Below are positions 8,529-17,657 of a stretch of DNA of 64,000 bases, piece after piece. The stretch comes from an archaeon (GTDB lineage: Archaea; Nanobdellota; Nanobdellia; CSSed11-243R1), in contig JAJRVP010000013.1 in the NCBI GenBank assembly GCA_024277205.1, positions 72,735 to 136,734 on the forward strand. Direction: 5' to 3'. The notes below the pieces were generated by a model. The model was not told the origin of the DNA, ran no database searches, and saw only the letters and a program-made list of their open reading frames with translations. The position numbers were made by a program, and so were the translations under genes. The stretch's first letter is position 1. Each line of letters opens with the position of its first letter.

Positions 8529-10187
8529 TTAACTCATTGGAGTACCTGAGAACTTTTGCCCAGGTTTTTGCCCACCAATTTGGGCACCAGTTGCATAAGG
8601 CAATCCTGAAAATCCAACCCCATAAGTTTGGAAATTGACATCTGGTAATATGGGTCCTGTTGTAAATGCATAACCTGCTTGGAAATAAGTTCCTTCTGCC
8701 ATTTCCCAACTTGGGCCCCCAGGAACTAAAGGTAATCCCATTTGATACATGGATTGTGCAACTCCAAATCCACCCCCACCATACTGAATTGCTCCAAAGG
8801 TTTCAAGAATTGCTCTTCCTTTCCAACCCCTTTTTCGTAGAGATTCAATAAATTCTTTTATTGGTGCATTTCCCCAGCCAACAGGCAAGTGAGCATCATA
8901 ATCTCCAAAATTATCTGTGATATGCACATGTTTGATATATGGAGATGCTTTTTCAACTTCCTTTAGCAATTCTTTATCTTTTTTACCATACCTTTTCCAA
9001 AGGTTTACATGTCCTATGTCCAAATTCATACCAATAAGCTGCTTTGCTTCTTGTTTTGCTCTTTCTCTTGAGAGCCCCTTTTCTCTTACAAGTCTTTGTG
9101 CTAATTCTTCTCTTACTTCTTTAATTGTTTCAGCAAGAACTTCTGGTTTGCTTAGTGCGTGTTCTGGATAGAAATTTTCAATTACAATCATTGGTTTTGT
9201 TGGCTTTTCATATGCTTCAAGCCCAAGTTCTACAAATGTTTTTTTTGCTTGTTTTTTAGCAAATTCATCTGTGGGTGCAAACATATTAAAATTCCCTTTG
9301 TCATCCTTATACCTCTTTCTCCAATCACTAATTATTTGCTTTGCTCTTTCTTCTTGATCTCTCATGGTTTGATATATTCTAATACTTTCTACTAAATCTC
9401 TTCTTCCAGAATGTAAGAGTTCTTTTACTACATTTTGTGGATTATTCCTAACTTGTTCAAGATTTATTCCTGCGTTTTTGAGTTGATTTTCATATATCCT
9501 TCTATAATGAGCTAAGCTTGCTTCTTCGTGCTTTAGACTTTTTAATCTGTCTGTATTTTCCATTTTTAATCTTCCTTGTGGGTATAGATAGAAATAACCT
9601 GGTTTTCCCTTAACAGGGGCATAATCTACCCCCCGCTTTAAATTGTATTTTTTAAAATAGTTTTCATCATATGTTACAATCTTTTTTTCAAAAGGGATTA
9701 TTTGTCCAGTTTCTTGATTTACAGTGTACATAACTTCTTGTGGCATTGGATTTCCTGGAACACCTTCAACAGAATGAATAACAACAGGAACATGTTTTTT
9801 ATTCATCCCTTTTCCAATTTGGTCTGCAAAATTTAATGTTTCTCTAAATTCTTGGATTGCCTTTATTCTTGCTGTATCACTTATTGTTTGTCCTTGTCCA
9901 CCAGCAGCACAAAAATGCGGTGCGTGAACAGAAAGATTTACTTTATTCATCTTAGCAAGCCTTATTAATTCATCTCTTTCTATCTTTCCAAGCTGTGCAA
10001 GATGTCCAGCTTGCTGAAAATTCATTTGTGTGCCTAAATTGATTTCTAAGTTTTGCATTCCCCAATTTATAGCAGTATTTGTTGTCATGAGTTGAGAACC
10101 CATAGGGCTAACACTAGCTCCAAGTCCATAGGAGCCAAAATCCAATGAGTTAAAATGTGCATATTCAAATCTTAGATTGTCATACAT
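8529..10187 (-). CDS. Xylose-isomerase-like TIM-barrel (endonuclease IV / sugar-phosphate isomerase fold) protein with a large charged insertion and a Gly/Tyr-rich tail
   Basis: N-terminal LSVHAPH, then later LDIGHVNLW and HVHITDNFGDYDAHLPVGWG. These resemble the metal-ligand motifs of the AP-endonuclease-2/XI TIM barrel, split by a KE-rich region of about 250 aa. The C-terminus is GGGGFG...GQKPGQKF low complexity. Confidence 0.45.
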   Translation of the reverse strand: MYDNLRFEYAHFNSLDFGSYGLGASVSPMGSQLMTTNTAINWGMQNLEINLGTQMNFQQAGHLAQLGKIERDELIRLAKMNKVNLSVHAPHFCAAGGQGQTISDTARIKAIQEFRETLNFADQIGKGMNKKHVPVVIHSVEGVPGNPMPQEVMYTVNQETGQIIPFEKKIVTYDENYFKKYNLKRGVDYAPVKGKPGYFYLYPQGRLKMENTDRLKSLKHEEASLAHYRRIYENQLKNAGINLEQVRNNPQNVVKELLHSGRRDLVESIRIYQTMRDQEERAKQIISDWRKRYKDDKGNFNMFAPTDEFAKKQAKKTFVELGLEAYEKPTKPMIVIENFYPEHALSKPEVLAETIKEVREELAQRLVREKGLSRERAKQEAKQLIGMNLDIGHVNLWKRYGKKDKELLKEVEKASPYIKHVHITDNFGDYDAHLPVGWGNAPIKEFIESLRKRGWKGRAILETFGAIQYGGGGFGVAQSMYQMGLPLVPGGPSWEMAEGTYFQAGYAFTTGPILPDVNFQTYGVGFSGLPYATGAQIGGQKPGQKFSGTPMS

Positions 10188-10417
10188 TTTTATTCACCTT
10201 AAATTAGCCCCAATTTTAATTTTCTTTTGTAGTCTTCTCTTTCTTTTGTTTCACGCTCTATAGCATTAGTAAATATTTCTCTCCTTTTATATTCTCCTAT
10301 GCCTTGTTCATTTTCTTTTGAAGAGGTAGATTCAAATTCGATGTTTACTCCAAAATTTCTTATGTCAACCCCACCCATCTCTTTTTCAGTTTCAACTTGA
10401 GGATCAAAAACAAATCT

Positions 10418-10867
10418 CTATCCACTCTCCATTCTCTTGTATTCTGATTCAAATTCTAAAGGGATGTAATCCTTTCTTTCTTCAATTGGTTTGTATGTTT
10501 CAACAGGGATGTATTCGTCTTTTTTTGTAGCAGTTGGTAATTCAATTGGCGTTGTGGTTATCTCTTCTGGTGCTTCTATGAGATAGTCTTTTAGTTCTAA
10601 TTCTGATGTGCCAAATCTTTCACTTCTGCGCACAACAATTTCCTCTAATGCAATTGGCTTTTTTTCTTCCTCTTGTTTATTTTCATGGATTTCCTCAAAA
10701 GAAAATTGCTTTTTGCCACTTTTTTGAATTTTTTTTAAGAGTTTAATAAGCTCTTTTTTTATTTTTCCATTCTTTGTTTTGAATATAAGTTGTTCTAAGT
10801 ATTTCAACTTTCCTTTTACATCTTTTATTTTGTTTAGCTTCTCAATTACTAATCCTAAGTTCATCAT
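10418..10867 (-). CDS. Hypothetical protein
   Basis: Lys-rich N-terminal half and acidic C-terminal half. Co-directional with the 497-aa ORF. Confidence 0.35.
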   Translation of the reverse strand: MMNLGLVIEKLNKIKDVKGKLKYLEQLIFKTKNGKIKKELIKLLKKIQKSGKKQFSFEEIHENKQEEEKKPIALEEIVVRRSERFGTSELELKDYLIEAPEEITTTPIELPTATKKDEYIPVETYKPIEERKDYIPLEFESEYKRMESG

Positions 10868-10932
10868 AATATATTATGCAGGATATACTTTTATATGTTA
10901 CTATTTAATGGTGACACTTTAAAGTGGCATTG

Positions 10933-12426
10933 TTAGAATTCTACTGGTTCTGGTGGTTTAATAACTGTTTTTTGTGTAGCTTTTATATCAGGAAGATATG
11001 GGAATGATTTAAATCTATGTGCTTTTTTGAAAACATCATATAATGTGAATAATCTATCTGCAGTTACATTAATTGCTAGTTCTTTTGCTCTTTGTTCTAA
11101 GATTTTTTTGTTTGTAAATAAAGAACTTAAAATACCACCAGATTTTTTTGTAGATGTTCCTAAAATCCTATCCAATATTGGTGTAAATTCTTTTTCTTTT
11201 TTCTTTTTTTCTTCAATTTCAAGTTCATTAAGATATTTTTCTAATTCTTCCCGCATAGCTTCTAAACTTTGAGTTGTTAAACCCTCAATAAATTTCATAG
11301 CTTCATACTCTTCTTGTTTTTTTAGAGCTTTATATTCGTCTGGTGTCATTGCATAACCTATGAATTGAATATTAAGTTTACCAAGCTGTCTGAATGCACC
11401 ACCTGTTTGGGCTTGAGATACCATAGCTGGCTTTGTTCTCCATATGAATCTTAATTCAATAACAGAATATGCAAAAGGCCCTCCTTTTGCAGCTTTCATA
11501 GCACCCATTTCCTCTTCAGAATAAACCTTTTCACCAATAGTGGTTTTTCTCATTAATGGAGGGGAATATTTTTTTTCTAAACCCATTGGCTTAAAAAATT
11601 CTTTTAAATAACATTTCTTTGTTCCCCTAACTACAATTTCAATAACGCTTTGATCAAATGCTTGTATTAATTCTGTGTCTGTGAGTTTGGGCTCTTTAAA
11701 GCTTAGCATTTGTGCTGCTTTTAGATATGGCTTTGCCCACATGGAATACAATCTCAATGATTCCACTTGAGCTTTTAAATAAGCAAGTTCAATTTTTCTT
11801 CGTTGTCTTAGTTCTTTTTCACTTTCTTGTTCCCATTTAAGATATTCTTCTAATCTTCCCTTGAGAATTCTTTTAACCCTGTCATTTAAGTCCATCTTAT
11901 CAATGTCTTCAAGGCTTTTTGCAATCATGAAAGCATCTCTTAATGTTGTAAATTCTAATCCTCTTTGGGCAGTCATTGCATTTATAGACGCTCCACCTTT
12001 TCTAACATCAACTTCATCCATCCAGATTCTTTTAAGCGTCATGCGTGCTGCTTCTTTCTTTTTTGGGTCATTGCTATGTAAATCATCATAAACAGCAAGC
12101 CTTCTGTCAAATTCTCTTAAATCATAAAGGAGATTAACAATGGATTTAATAACAGTATTAACTGTTGCAAGAATTTCCATACCCCTCTTTTCTAAATGCT
12201 GCCTTCTTGCTGACATTTCTCCAAAAAACTGCGAAACAACACTGGCTGCCATTTGTTCTTTATGTTTTTCAATCTTATATCCTATTTTTTTAAGAAAATC
12301 GATTAACCAAAAATAGTAAGGTTCAATACTAGTTGTAAAACTATGAATTTCCATTTCATATTTGTTTACAAATGACTTTATGAGAATCTCTCTAATCTTT
12401 TCTTGAGTTTTATCCTTCTTAGCCAT
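10933..12426 (-). CDS. Large conserved-looking hypothetical protein (497 aa), coiled-coil rich
   Basis: Long clean ORF with non-repetitive blocks (GGPFAYSVIELRFIWRTKPAMVSQAQTGGAFRQLGKLNIQFIGYAMT). No NTP-binding or other catalytic motif recognised. Confidence 0.45.
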   Translation of the reverse strand: MAKKDKTQEKIREILIKSFVNKYEMEIHSFTTSIEPYYFWLIDFLKKIGYKIEKHKEQMAASVVSQFFGEMSARRQHLEKRGMEILATVNTVIKSIVNLLYDLREFDRRLAVYDDLHSNDPKKKEAARMTLKRIWMDEVDVRKGGASINAMTAQRGLEFTTLRDAFMIAKSLEDIDKMDLNDRVKRILKGRLEEYLKWEQESEKELRQRRKIELAYLKAQVESLRLYSMWAKPYLKAAQMLSFKEPKLTDTELIQAFDQSVIEIVVRGTKKCYLKEFFKPMGLEKKYSPPLMRKTTIGEKVYSEEEMGAMKAAKGGPFAYSVIELRFIWRTKPAMVSQAQTGGAFRQLGKLNIQFIGYAMTPDEYKALKKQEEYEAMKFIEGLTTQSLEAMREELEKYLNELEIEEKKKKEKEFTPILDRILGTSTKKSGGILSSLFTNKKILEQRAKELAINVTADRLFTLYDVFKKAHRFKSFPYLPDIKATQKTVIKPPEPVEF

Positions 12427-12511
12427 AGTATAATTTAAAAGCCATCCATATATAAAATTTGAGATTGATATTTACGAAAACTTAATAACTATTACAGATT
12501 TAGATAATCTC

Positions 12512-12919
12512 ATGGGATTATTTGATTTTATTAAAAAGAAAAAAGAGGACGAATTTGGAGATGAGTTTGGAGCAGAACCATTAGGAGGTATGCCTACAGC
12601 ACCTGGAATGCCCCAAGCACCAGGGATGCCCCCAGCTCCAGGAGCACCAGGAACTCAACCACCACAACTTTTTGGAGCACCAGAGATTCCACCACCTGGA
12701 ACACCACCACCAGTTGCACCACCAATTTCTCCAACACCAATACAATTTGGACCACAAGCACCACAAACCCAGACACCGCAACAACAATTTGGTGACAGAA
12801 CACAAGTTTTGAAAAGCAGCATTGAAGTATTATCATCAAAAATAGATTCTTTAAAAACATCAGTTGATAGAATTAATGAAAAATTGGATTACATTGAAAG
12901 GTATTTATTAAGGAGATGA
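12512..12919 (+). CDS. Pro-rich protein with an N-terminal amphipathic segment and a C-terminal coiled coil
   Basis: MGLFDFIKKKK, then PxxP-rich low complexity, then a heptad-like LKSSIEVLSSKIDSLKTSVDRINEKLDYIERYL. The stop is 1 nt before the next start, so the two are translationally coupled. Confidence 0.45.
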   Translation: MGLFDFIKKKKEDEFGDEFGAEPLGGMPTAPGMPQAPGMPPAPGAPGTQPPQLFGAPEIPPPGTPPPVAPPISPTPIQFGPQAPQTQTPQQQFGDRTQVLKSSIEVLSSKIDSLKTSVDRINEKLDYIERYLLRR

Positions 12920-12920
12920 G

Positions 12921-13655
12921 ATGGCATACACAATTAAAAGTACAATCCTTTTAGGTATTGTTTTAGTTTTTTTAACATATCTGCTTTATAATCTATTTAA
13001 TAAACTAAAAATTAAGATTAATAAAAAATTATTAATTGGAATTTTTGCTTGGGTTCTCCTTGCAGCATTTACAAGGGTCTTTGAAGATGCAAATATTTAT
13101 CCAAAAAGTTTTTTTACAGTTTCACCAGGGATTATAATTCTTTTTTCAGCATTTTTTATTCCAGTTGTTTACATTGGTTATTGGCTTGAAAAAAATAAAA
13201 AAATTGATTTGTGGAAAACACTTACAATTTCTGCAATAATACCTATTTTGATTCATTTACCTTTTTTGAAAATAGAAAATGCGCAAGGAGCAACAATAAT
13301 AGTTGCTATTTTTGGAATTATTTTAATTGTGATGTATACAGTTAACAAGTTCATAAAAGCAGATGACTTTTCTTTTTGGGCGCTGGGAGCGCACATGTTT
13401 GATGCTTCCACAACATTTACTGCAATGAGTTTTTATGGGTATTCAGAGCAACATGTTTTACCAACATTTATGATAAATATTTTTGGGCCATATATTATGT
13501 TTGCACTCAAACTAATCTTTTTGATCCCAATGATCTTTGTTATTAACAAATATTCAGAGAATGATAGTTTAAGAAAATTTTTGCTCCTAGCAATTTTTGC
13601 AATCGGACTTGCACCCGCATTAAGAAATACTTTAAGATTACTTATGGGAGTCTAA
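12921..13655 (+). CDS. Polytopic membrane protein (DUF63-like archaeal membrane family)
   Basis: Six or seven TM helices with a GAHMFDASTTF...YGYSEQHV block reminiscent of DUF63. The family assignment is from memory. Confidence 0.4.
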   Translation: MAYTIKSTILLGIVLVFLTYLLYNLFNKLKIKINKKLLIGIFAWVLLAAFTRVFEDANIYPKSFFTVSPGIIILFSAFFIPVVYIGYWLEKNKKIDLWKTLTISAIIPILIHLPFLKIENAQGATIIVAIFGIILIVMYTVNKFIKADDFSFWALGAHMFDASTTFTAMSFYGYSEQHVLPTFMINIFGPYIMFALKLIFLIPMIFVINKYSENDSLRKFLLLAIFAIGLAPALRNTLRLLMGV

Positions 13656-14689
13656 GCAAGAAAAATCCTTGTTGATTTTCCTTTAAATCCGCCACCTGTT
13701 AGTTCTAATTTTAATAATCCTAACTTTTCAAGATTATTTACGTATCTCTTGAAACTTTTATAGGATAATTCTCCACCCCTCTTCTTGTAGATTTCATACA
13801 AAGGCCCCGCAACTTCACCATTATGCACTTTTACAATATCTAAGATTAAATTCTCGTCTTTGTTTAGTTTTTCTTCTTCTGGTTTTTTATCCAAAACATT
13901 TTCAATTGCTTTTTTAACATGTTCTTTGGTAATCTTTCTTTTGTTTTCCTGTTCGGCAATTTTTGCAGATTCTCTTAATAAATAAAGCCCAACACGCACA
14001 TCTTTTTTGTTAAAGGTTATGTTTGCTATCTGTTTGAGTAATTGTGTTTCAATTGTGTCTTTTTTAAGAGCGAGTTTAGCCCTTTCTTTTAAAATACCAT
14101 AAACCTCATTTAATGAATACGGCTTAAACTCCATATTTCTCAACATTAATCTCGATTTAATTCGTGCATCAATTCTTACTACATAATCAAACTTGTTGCT
14201 TATCAAATGTATGCATGATTTTGGAAAGGTTGAAACAATTTGATAAAGAAAGTCAGGGTCATCTATCTTGTCAATTTCATCAAAAACAAAAACAGCTCGT
14301 TTTCCTCGCAATTTGTAAACAACCTGCCGCAAGATGTGTTCAGCACTTTTTCCTGCTCTAAATGAAATTTTCAATTGATTTGCCATCTCTGAAAAAATAA
14401 AATATTTTGTTTTTAGATTCCAACAATTTACATAAATCGGAATAACATCATCTGTTGTTTCAGATAATTCTCTCAGAACCCATTTAATCGAAGCTGTTTT
14501 GCCAATTCCTGGTGCACCATGAATAAAAAGATTAGAACCGCTCCTTTCATTAAGCATTGGTTTTATTGAATTTGCAATTTCTTGGATTTGGTTTTCTCTG
14601 TAAGGCAAAATTTTTGGTATATAATCATAATTAAGAACTTCTTCATTTTTGATAACAGATTTTGTGCCTTCGATATCAAATAACCCCAT
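13652..14689 (-). CDS. cdc6: Orc1/Cdc6 AAA+ replication initiator
   Basis: Walker A HGAPGIGKT, Walker B VFVFDEIDK, and a C-terminal winged-helix region. The size (345 aa) is typical for the small archaeal Orc1/Cdc6. Confidence 0.8.
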   Translation of the reverse strand: MGLFDIEGTKSVIKNEEVLNYDYIPKILPYRENQIQEIANSIKPMLNERSGSNLFIHGAPGIGKTASIKWVLRELSETTDDVIPIYVNCWNLKTKYFIFSEMANQLKISFRAGKSAEHILRQVVYKLRGKRAVFVFDEIDKIDDPDFLYQIVSTFPKSCIHLISNKFDYVVRIDARIKSRLMLRNMEFKPYSLNEVYGILKERAKLALKKDTIETQLLKQIANITFNKKDVRVGLYLLRESAKIAEQENKRKITKEHVKKAIENVLDKKPEEEKLNKDENLILDIVKVHNGEVAGPLYEIYKKRGGELSYKSFKRYVNNLEKLGLLKLELTGGGFKGKSTRIFLA

Positions 14690-14779
14690 ATATTACTGGA
14701 CAACCTCTTTGTTTATAATATTTACTCCTGTCATCAAATTTTTATAGAACCATATGCTATTACTATTGAGGTGTAAGCT

Positions 14780-15334
14780 ATGGGTTTAGAAGATGTTGTT
14801 GAGAATACAAAAGGAAAAATTATATCCTGGATGCATGAAGAAAAAATTACAGTAGGGCAAGAGGATGTAGGAGATAAATTTGATTTTGGTTTAATGGTGA
14901 TATATCCTCCAAATGTTAGAAGCGCCAAGCACATTTATATTCTTAAACCTAAAGATTCAAAAGATAGGATAGATATTTTATGTGAGGTGATTTTAGATCC
15001 CCAACAATTTCAACAAAAAATTCAATCATTATCACCAAAAGACATTAATAGTATCCAAATGGCGTTAGGTTTGATGTTTCAAGATAGGGGTGTGCTTTAT
15101 AAATTTAACATGAGAGATACACATTCATCGAATCTACAATGGATTGGTTGGACAATAATCAACCCCATTTATTATGAAGAATTAACTAAACCAAACCTAA
15201 TCCGTGAATTGTCAAAAATTTATAATGCCACACTTTCTGCATTGACTCTATTGTCTATGCAAATGAATGCTTCACAATCCAATGACTATAACTTTGTTTC
15301 TTCAGATTTAAATTCAACAAACATGTATGGTTAA
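14780..15334 (+). CDS. Hypothetical protein
   Basis: ORF only. Confidence 0.35.
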   Translation: MGLEDVVENTKGKIISWMHEEKITVGQEDVGDKFDFGLMVIYPPNVRSAKHIYILKPKDSKDRIDILCEVILDPQQFQQKIQSLSPKDINSIQMALGLMFQDRGVLYKFNMRDTHSSNLQWIGWTIINPIYYEELTKPNLIRELSKIYNATLSALTLLSMQMNASQSNDYNFVSSDLNSTNMYG

Positions 15335-15374
15335 TTTGGAAAAACATTTAAGCATATGATATTTCATAAAACAC

Positions 15375-16502
15375 ATGCTCAATAAAAAAATAAAGTATTA
15401 TACAGCAATCGCATTAATTATTGGCACAGTAATCGGTGCTGGTGTCTTTGGAATTCCTTATGCAATTTCTCAATCTGGATTTTTTTTGGGATTAGTCAAT
15501 TTGGCATTTGTTGGATTTATTGTAACTGTTATGACCTTATTTATGGGAGAAGTCGTATTAAGAACAGATGATACAAAACAATTTATTGGGCTTGCAGAAA
15601 AATATCTTGGTTCATGGGGAAAGTGGTTAATGTTTCTTTCAATGACTCTTGGGATATTTGGGGCATTAACTGCATATTTGGTTGGCATTGGACAGTCCCT
15701 TTTTCATTTATTGGGCGGTTCTCCTATTTTATATTCTATTCTCTTTTTTGCATTTGCAGCACCCATAGTTTACTTTGGATTAAAAACGGTTAGTAAAGTA
15801 GAATTGGGTTTATCTGCGATATTGGTTGTAATCTTTATTGTGATAAGCTTTTTGCTAATGCCGCAAATTAAATTTTCAAATTTAACATATCTTGATTTTT
15901 CAAAAATTATGGTGCCTTATGGAGTTATTCTTTTTGCAACCTTGGGTTACTCTGTAATACCCGAGGTTGAGATACTATTAAAAAATCAAAAAGAAAAAAT
16001 GTTGTCTTCCATTATAATTGCAATGGTTATCTGTCTTGGCATTTATGCTCTTTTTTCATTTTCTTCATTAGGTGTTTATGGAAATAAAATTGCAGAGATT
16101 GCCACAGAGTCGCTTACAGGGGGATTAAATGTTCTTGGAACAACAGTAGCTATTTTAGCAATGGCAACAGGATTTTTAGCTTTAAGTTTAGTTCTAAAAC
16201 ACGTATTAGAATTAGATTTAAAAATTAATCCAAAATTAGCATGGGCGGTGGTTTGTTTTATTCCTTTTTTGATTGTTCTTCTTATATCTCCAAGTTTTGT
16301 AACAACAATTGGATTAACAGGAACATACGCGGGCGGACTTACTGGTGTGCTTTGTGCATTAATGGTAAAACAAGCAAGAAAAAAAGGAGATTCCAAACCA
16401 AATTTTGTTGTGCCTGGAGGTAATCCTTTGATATATCTCTCAATTGTTGTTTTTATATTTGGTATGATTTATCAAACACTATTATTGTTAAGGATATTTT
16501 AA
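15375..16502 (+). CDS. Amino-acid permease (APC-superfamily, aromatic/hydroxy amino-acid transporter-like)
   Basis: About 11 TM helices. N-terminal IALIIGTVIGAGVFGIPYA is typical of amino-acid transporters. Confidence 0.6.
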   Translation: MLNKKIKYYTAIALIIGTVIGAGVFGIPYAISQSGFFLGLVNLAFVGFIVTVMTLFMGEVVLRTDDTKQFIGLAEKYLGSWGKWLMFLSMTLGIFGALTAYLVGIGQSLFHLLGGSPILYSILFFAFAAPIVYFGLKTVSKVELGLSAILVVIFIVISFLLMPQIKFSNLTYLDFSKIMVPYGVILFATLGYSVIPEVEILLKNQKEKMLSSIIIAMVICLGIYALFSFSSLGVYGNKIAEIATESLTGGLNVLGTTVAILAMATGFLALSLVLKHVLELDLKINPKLAWAVVCFIPFLIVLLISPSFVTTIGLTGTYAGGLTGVLCALMVKQARKKGDSKPNFVVPGGNPLIYLSIVVFIFGMIYQTLLLLRIF

Positions 16503-16554
16503 TTCAAAAACTATTAAAAAGAATAATTCCTAATTAATCAAAGGGGGTAAGCAC

Positions 16555-17289
16555 ATGGTAAATGTAGAAATAGTTGTTGAAGGGACAGTACCAAAAAATG
16601 CAATTATTCTTGAAGGATTCCAAGGAATTGGTTTGGTTGGCACTCTTGCAGCACAATATGTTGCTGAGAAAACAAATTCAAAAGTGATTGGGTATGTGGA
16701 TGTTCCAGAATTCCCACCAATTGCCATTCTTGTTAATGGAAAAGTAAGGCCACCAATTCGGATACACACATTTAAGAAATCTGGAAAAAACTTTATAATC
16801 TTTGAGTCAGAATTGCCAATTCCACAAAATTTTATTAATCCTATTGCAAATGCAATAGCAGATTTTGCAAAAAAACATAAAGTAAAAGAGATAATCTCTC
16901 TTGAGGGGCTTGCAGTACCAAAAAGCCCAATAGTGTCAAAAACATACTGGATTAGCAATACTGAAAAGAAGTTCACTCATCTGAAAAAGTACGCATCTTC
17001 TTTAAAATCTGGAATTGTAATTGGGGTTTCTGCAGCACTTTTAATCAAAGCCAAAGTTAGAAAAATCCCAGCAGCAGTTGTTATGGCAGAGGCACATTCT
17101 AATTTTCCAGATGGAATGGCTGCCGCAAGCCTAATTCAATTGTTGGATAAGATATACAAACTAAGGATTGATGTTGCACCATTAGAACGGGAATCCAAGA
17201 GGTTTGAAGAAAAAGTTTGGGAGATTATAGAAAAGGCAAAACAATTAAGAGAAGCAACTGAAAAACCAGGTAAAACTTACATAGGGTGA
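16555..17289 (+). CDS. PAC2-family proteasome assembly chaperone-like protein
   Basis: N-terminal ILEGFQGIGLVGTLAAQYVAE matches the PAC2 / archaeal ATP-grasp-like COG1938 signature. Confidence 0.5.
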   Translation: MVNVEIVVEGTVPKNAIILEGFQGIGLVGTLAAQYVAEKTNSKVIGYVDVPEFPPIAILVNGKVRPPIRIHTFKKSGKNFIIFESELPIPQNFINPIANAIADFAKKHKVKEIISLEGLAVPKSPIVSKTYWISNTEKKFTHLKKYASSLKSGIVIGVSAALLIKAKVRKIPAAVVMAEAHSNFPDGMAAASLIQLLDKIYKLRIDVAPLERESKRFEEKVWEIIEKAKQLREATEKPGKTYIG

Positions 17290-17657
17290 TTCCAATGCCT
17301 GCCAAAAAATCAAAAAAGAAAGTAAAAAAAATAAAAAAGAAAACCACAAAAACTAAGTCAAAAAAAGTCAAGTCTAAAAAAGCGGCAAAGAAAAAAACAA
17401 AGAGAACATGTAAGAGAAAAACTACACCTAAAAAAAAGAAAGTAACTAAGAAAAAGAAAGAGAAAATGAAAGAAAAAATAGAAGAACCAATCGTAGTTGA
17501 AGAAAAGAAACAGAAGGAAATTGACGTAACCGAAGCATTAGAAAAAGAATACTTAGAAGAAGGAAGCACAGAAGAAGAATATCCTGAGGGAGATTACGAA
17601 ATATTTCCGCATGAAGATGAAAAAGCTTATGAATCTGGTTTTGAAGAGGAGTTTTAA
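17286..17657 (+). CDS. Lys-rich basic protein with an acidic tail (putative nucleic-acid/chromatin-binding)
   Basis: Residues 1-60 are over 50% Lys (KKSKKKVKKIKKKTTKTKSKKVKSKK...). The C-terminal 40 residues are Glu-rich. ATGA overlap with the PAC2-like gene. Confidence 0.5.
   Translation: MIPMPAKKSKKKVKKIKKKTTKTKSKKVKSKKAAKKKTKRTCKRKTTPKKKKVTKKKKEKMKEKIEEPIVVEEKKQKEIDVTEALEKEYLEEGSTEEEYPEGDYEIFPHEDEKAYESGFEEEF

Noticed and set aside
8521-8709. 62-aa minus-strand ORF
   Set aside because: Alternative-frame overlap with the 3' end of the TIM-barrel gene.
12581-12860. Two overlapping minus-strand ORFs, one Trp/Cys-rich and one Val-rich
   Set aside because: Antisense of the CCA/CCT-rich Pro linker of the 12512-12919 gene. 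Low-complexity shadow ORFs.
14690-14779. Replication origin next to cdc6
   Set aside because: The spacer is only about 90 bp and I could not find ORB/mini-ORB inverted repeats. An origin call is not supported from sequence alone.
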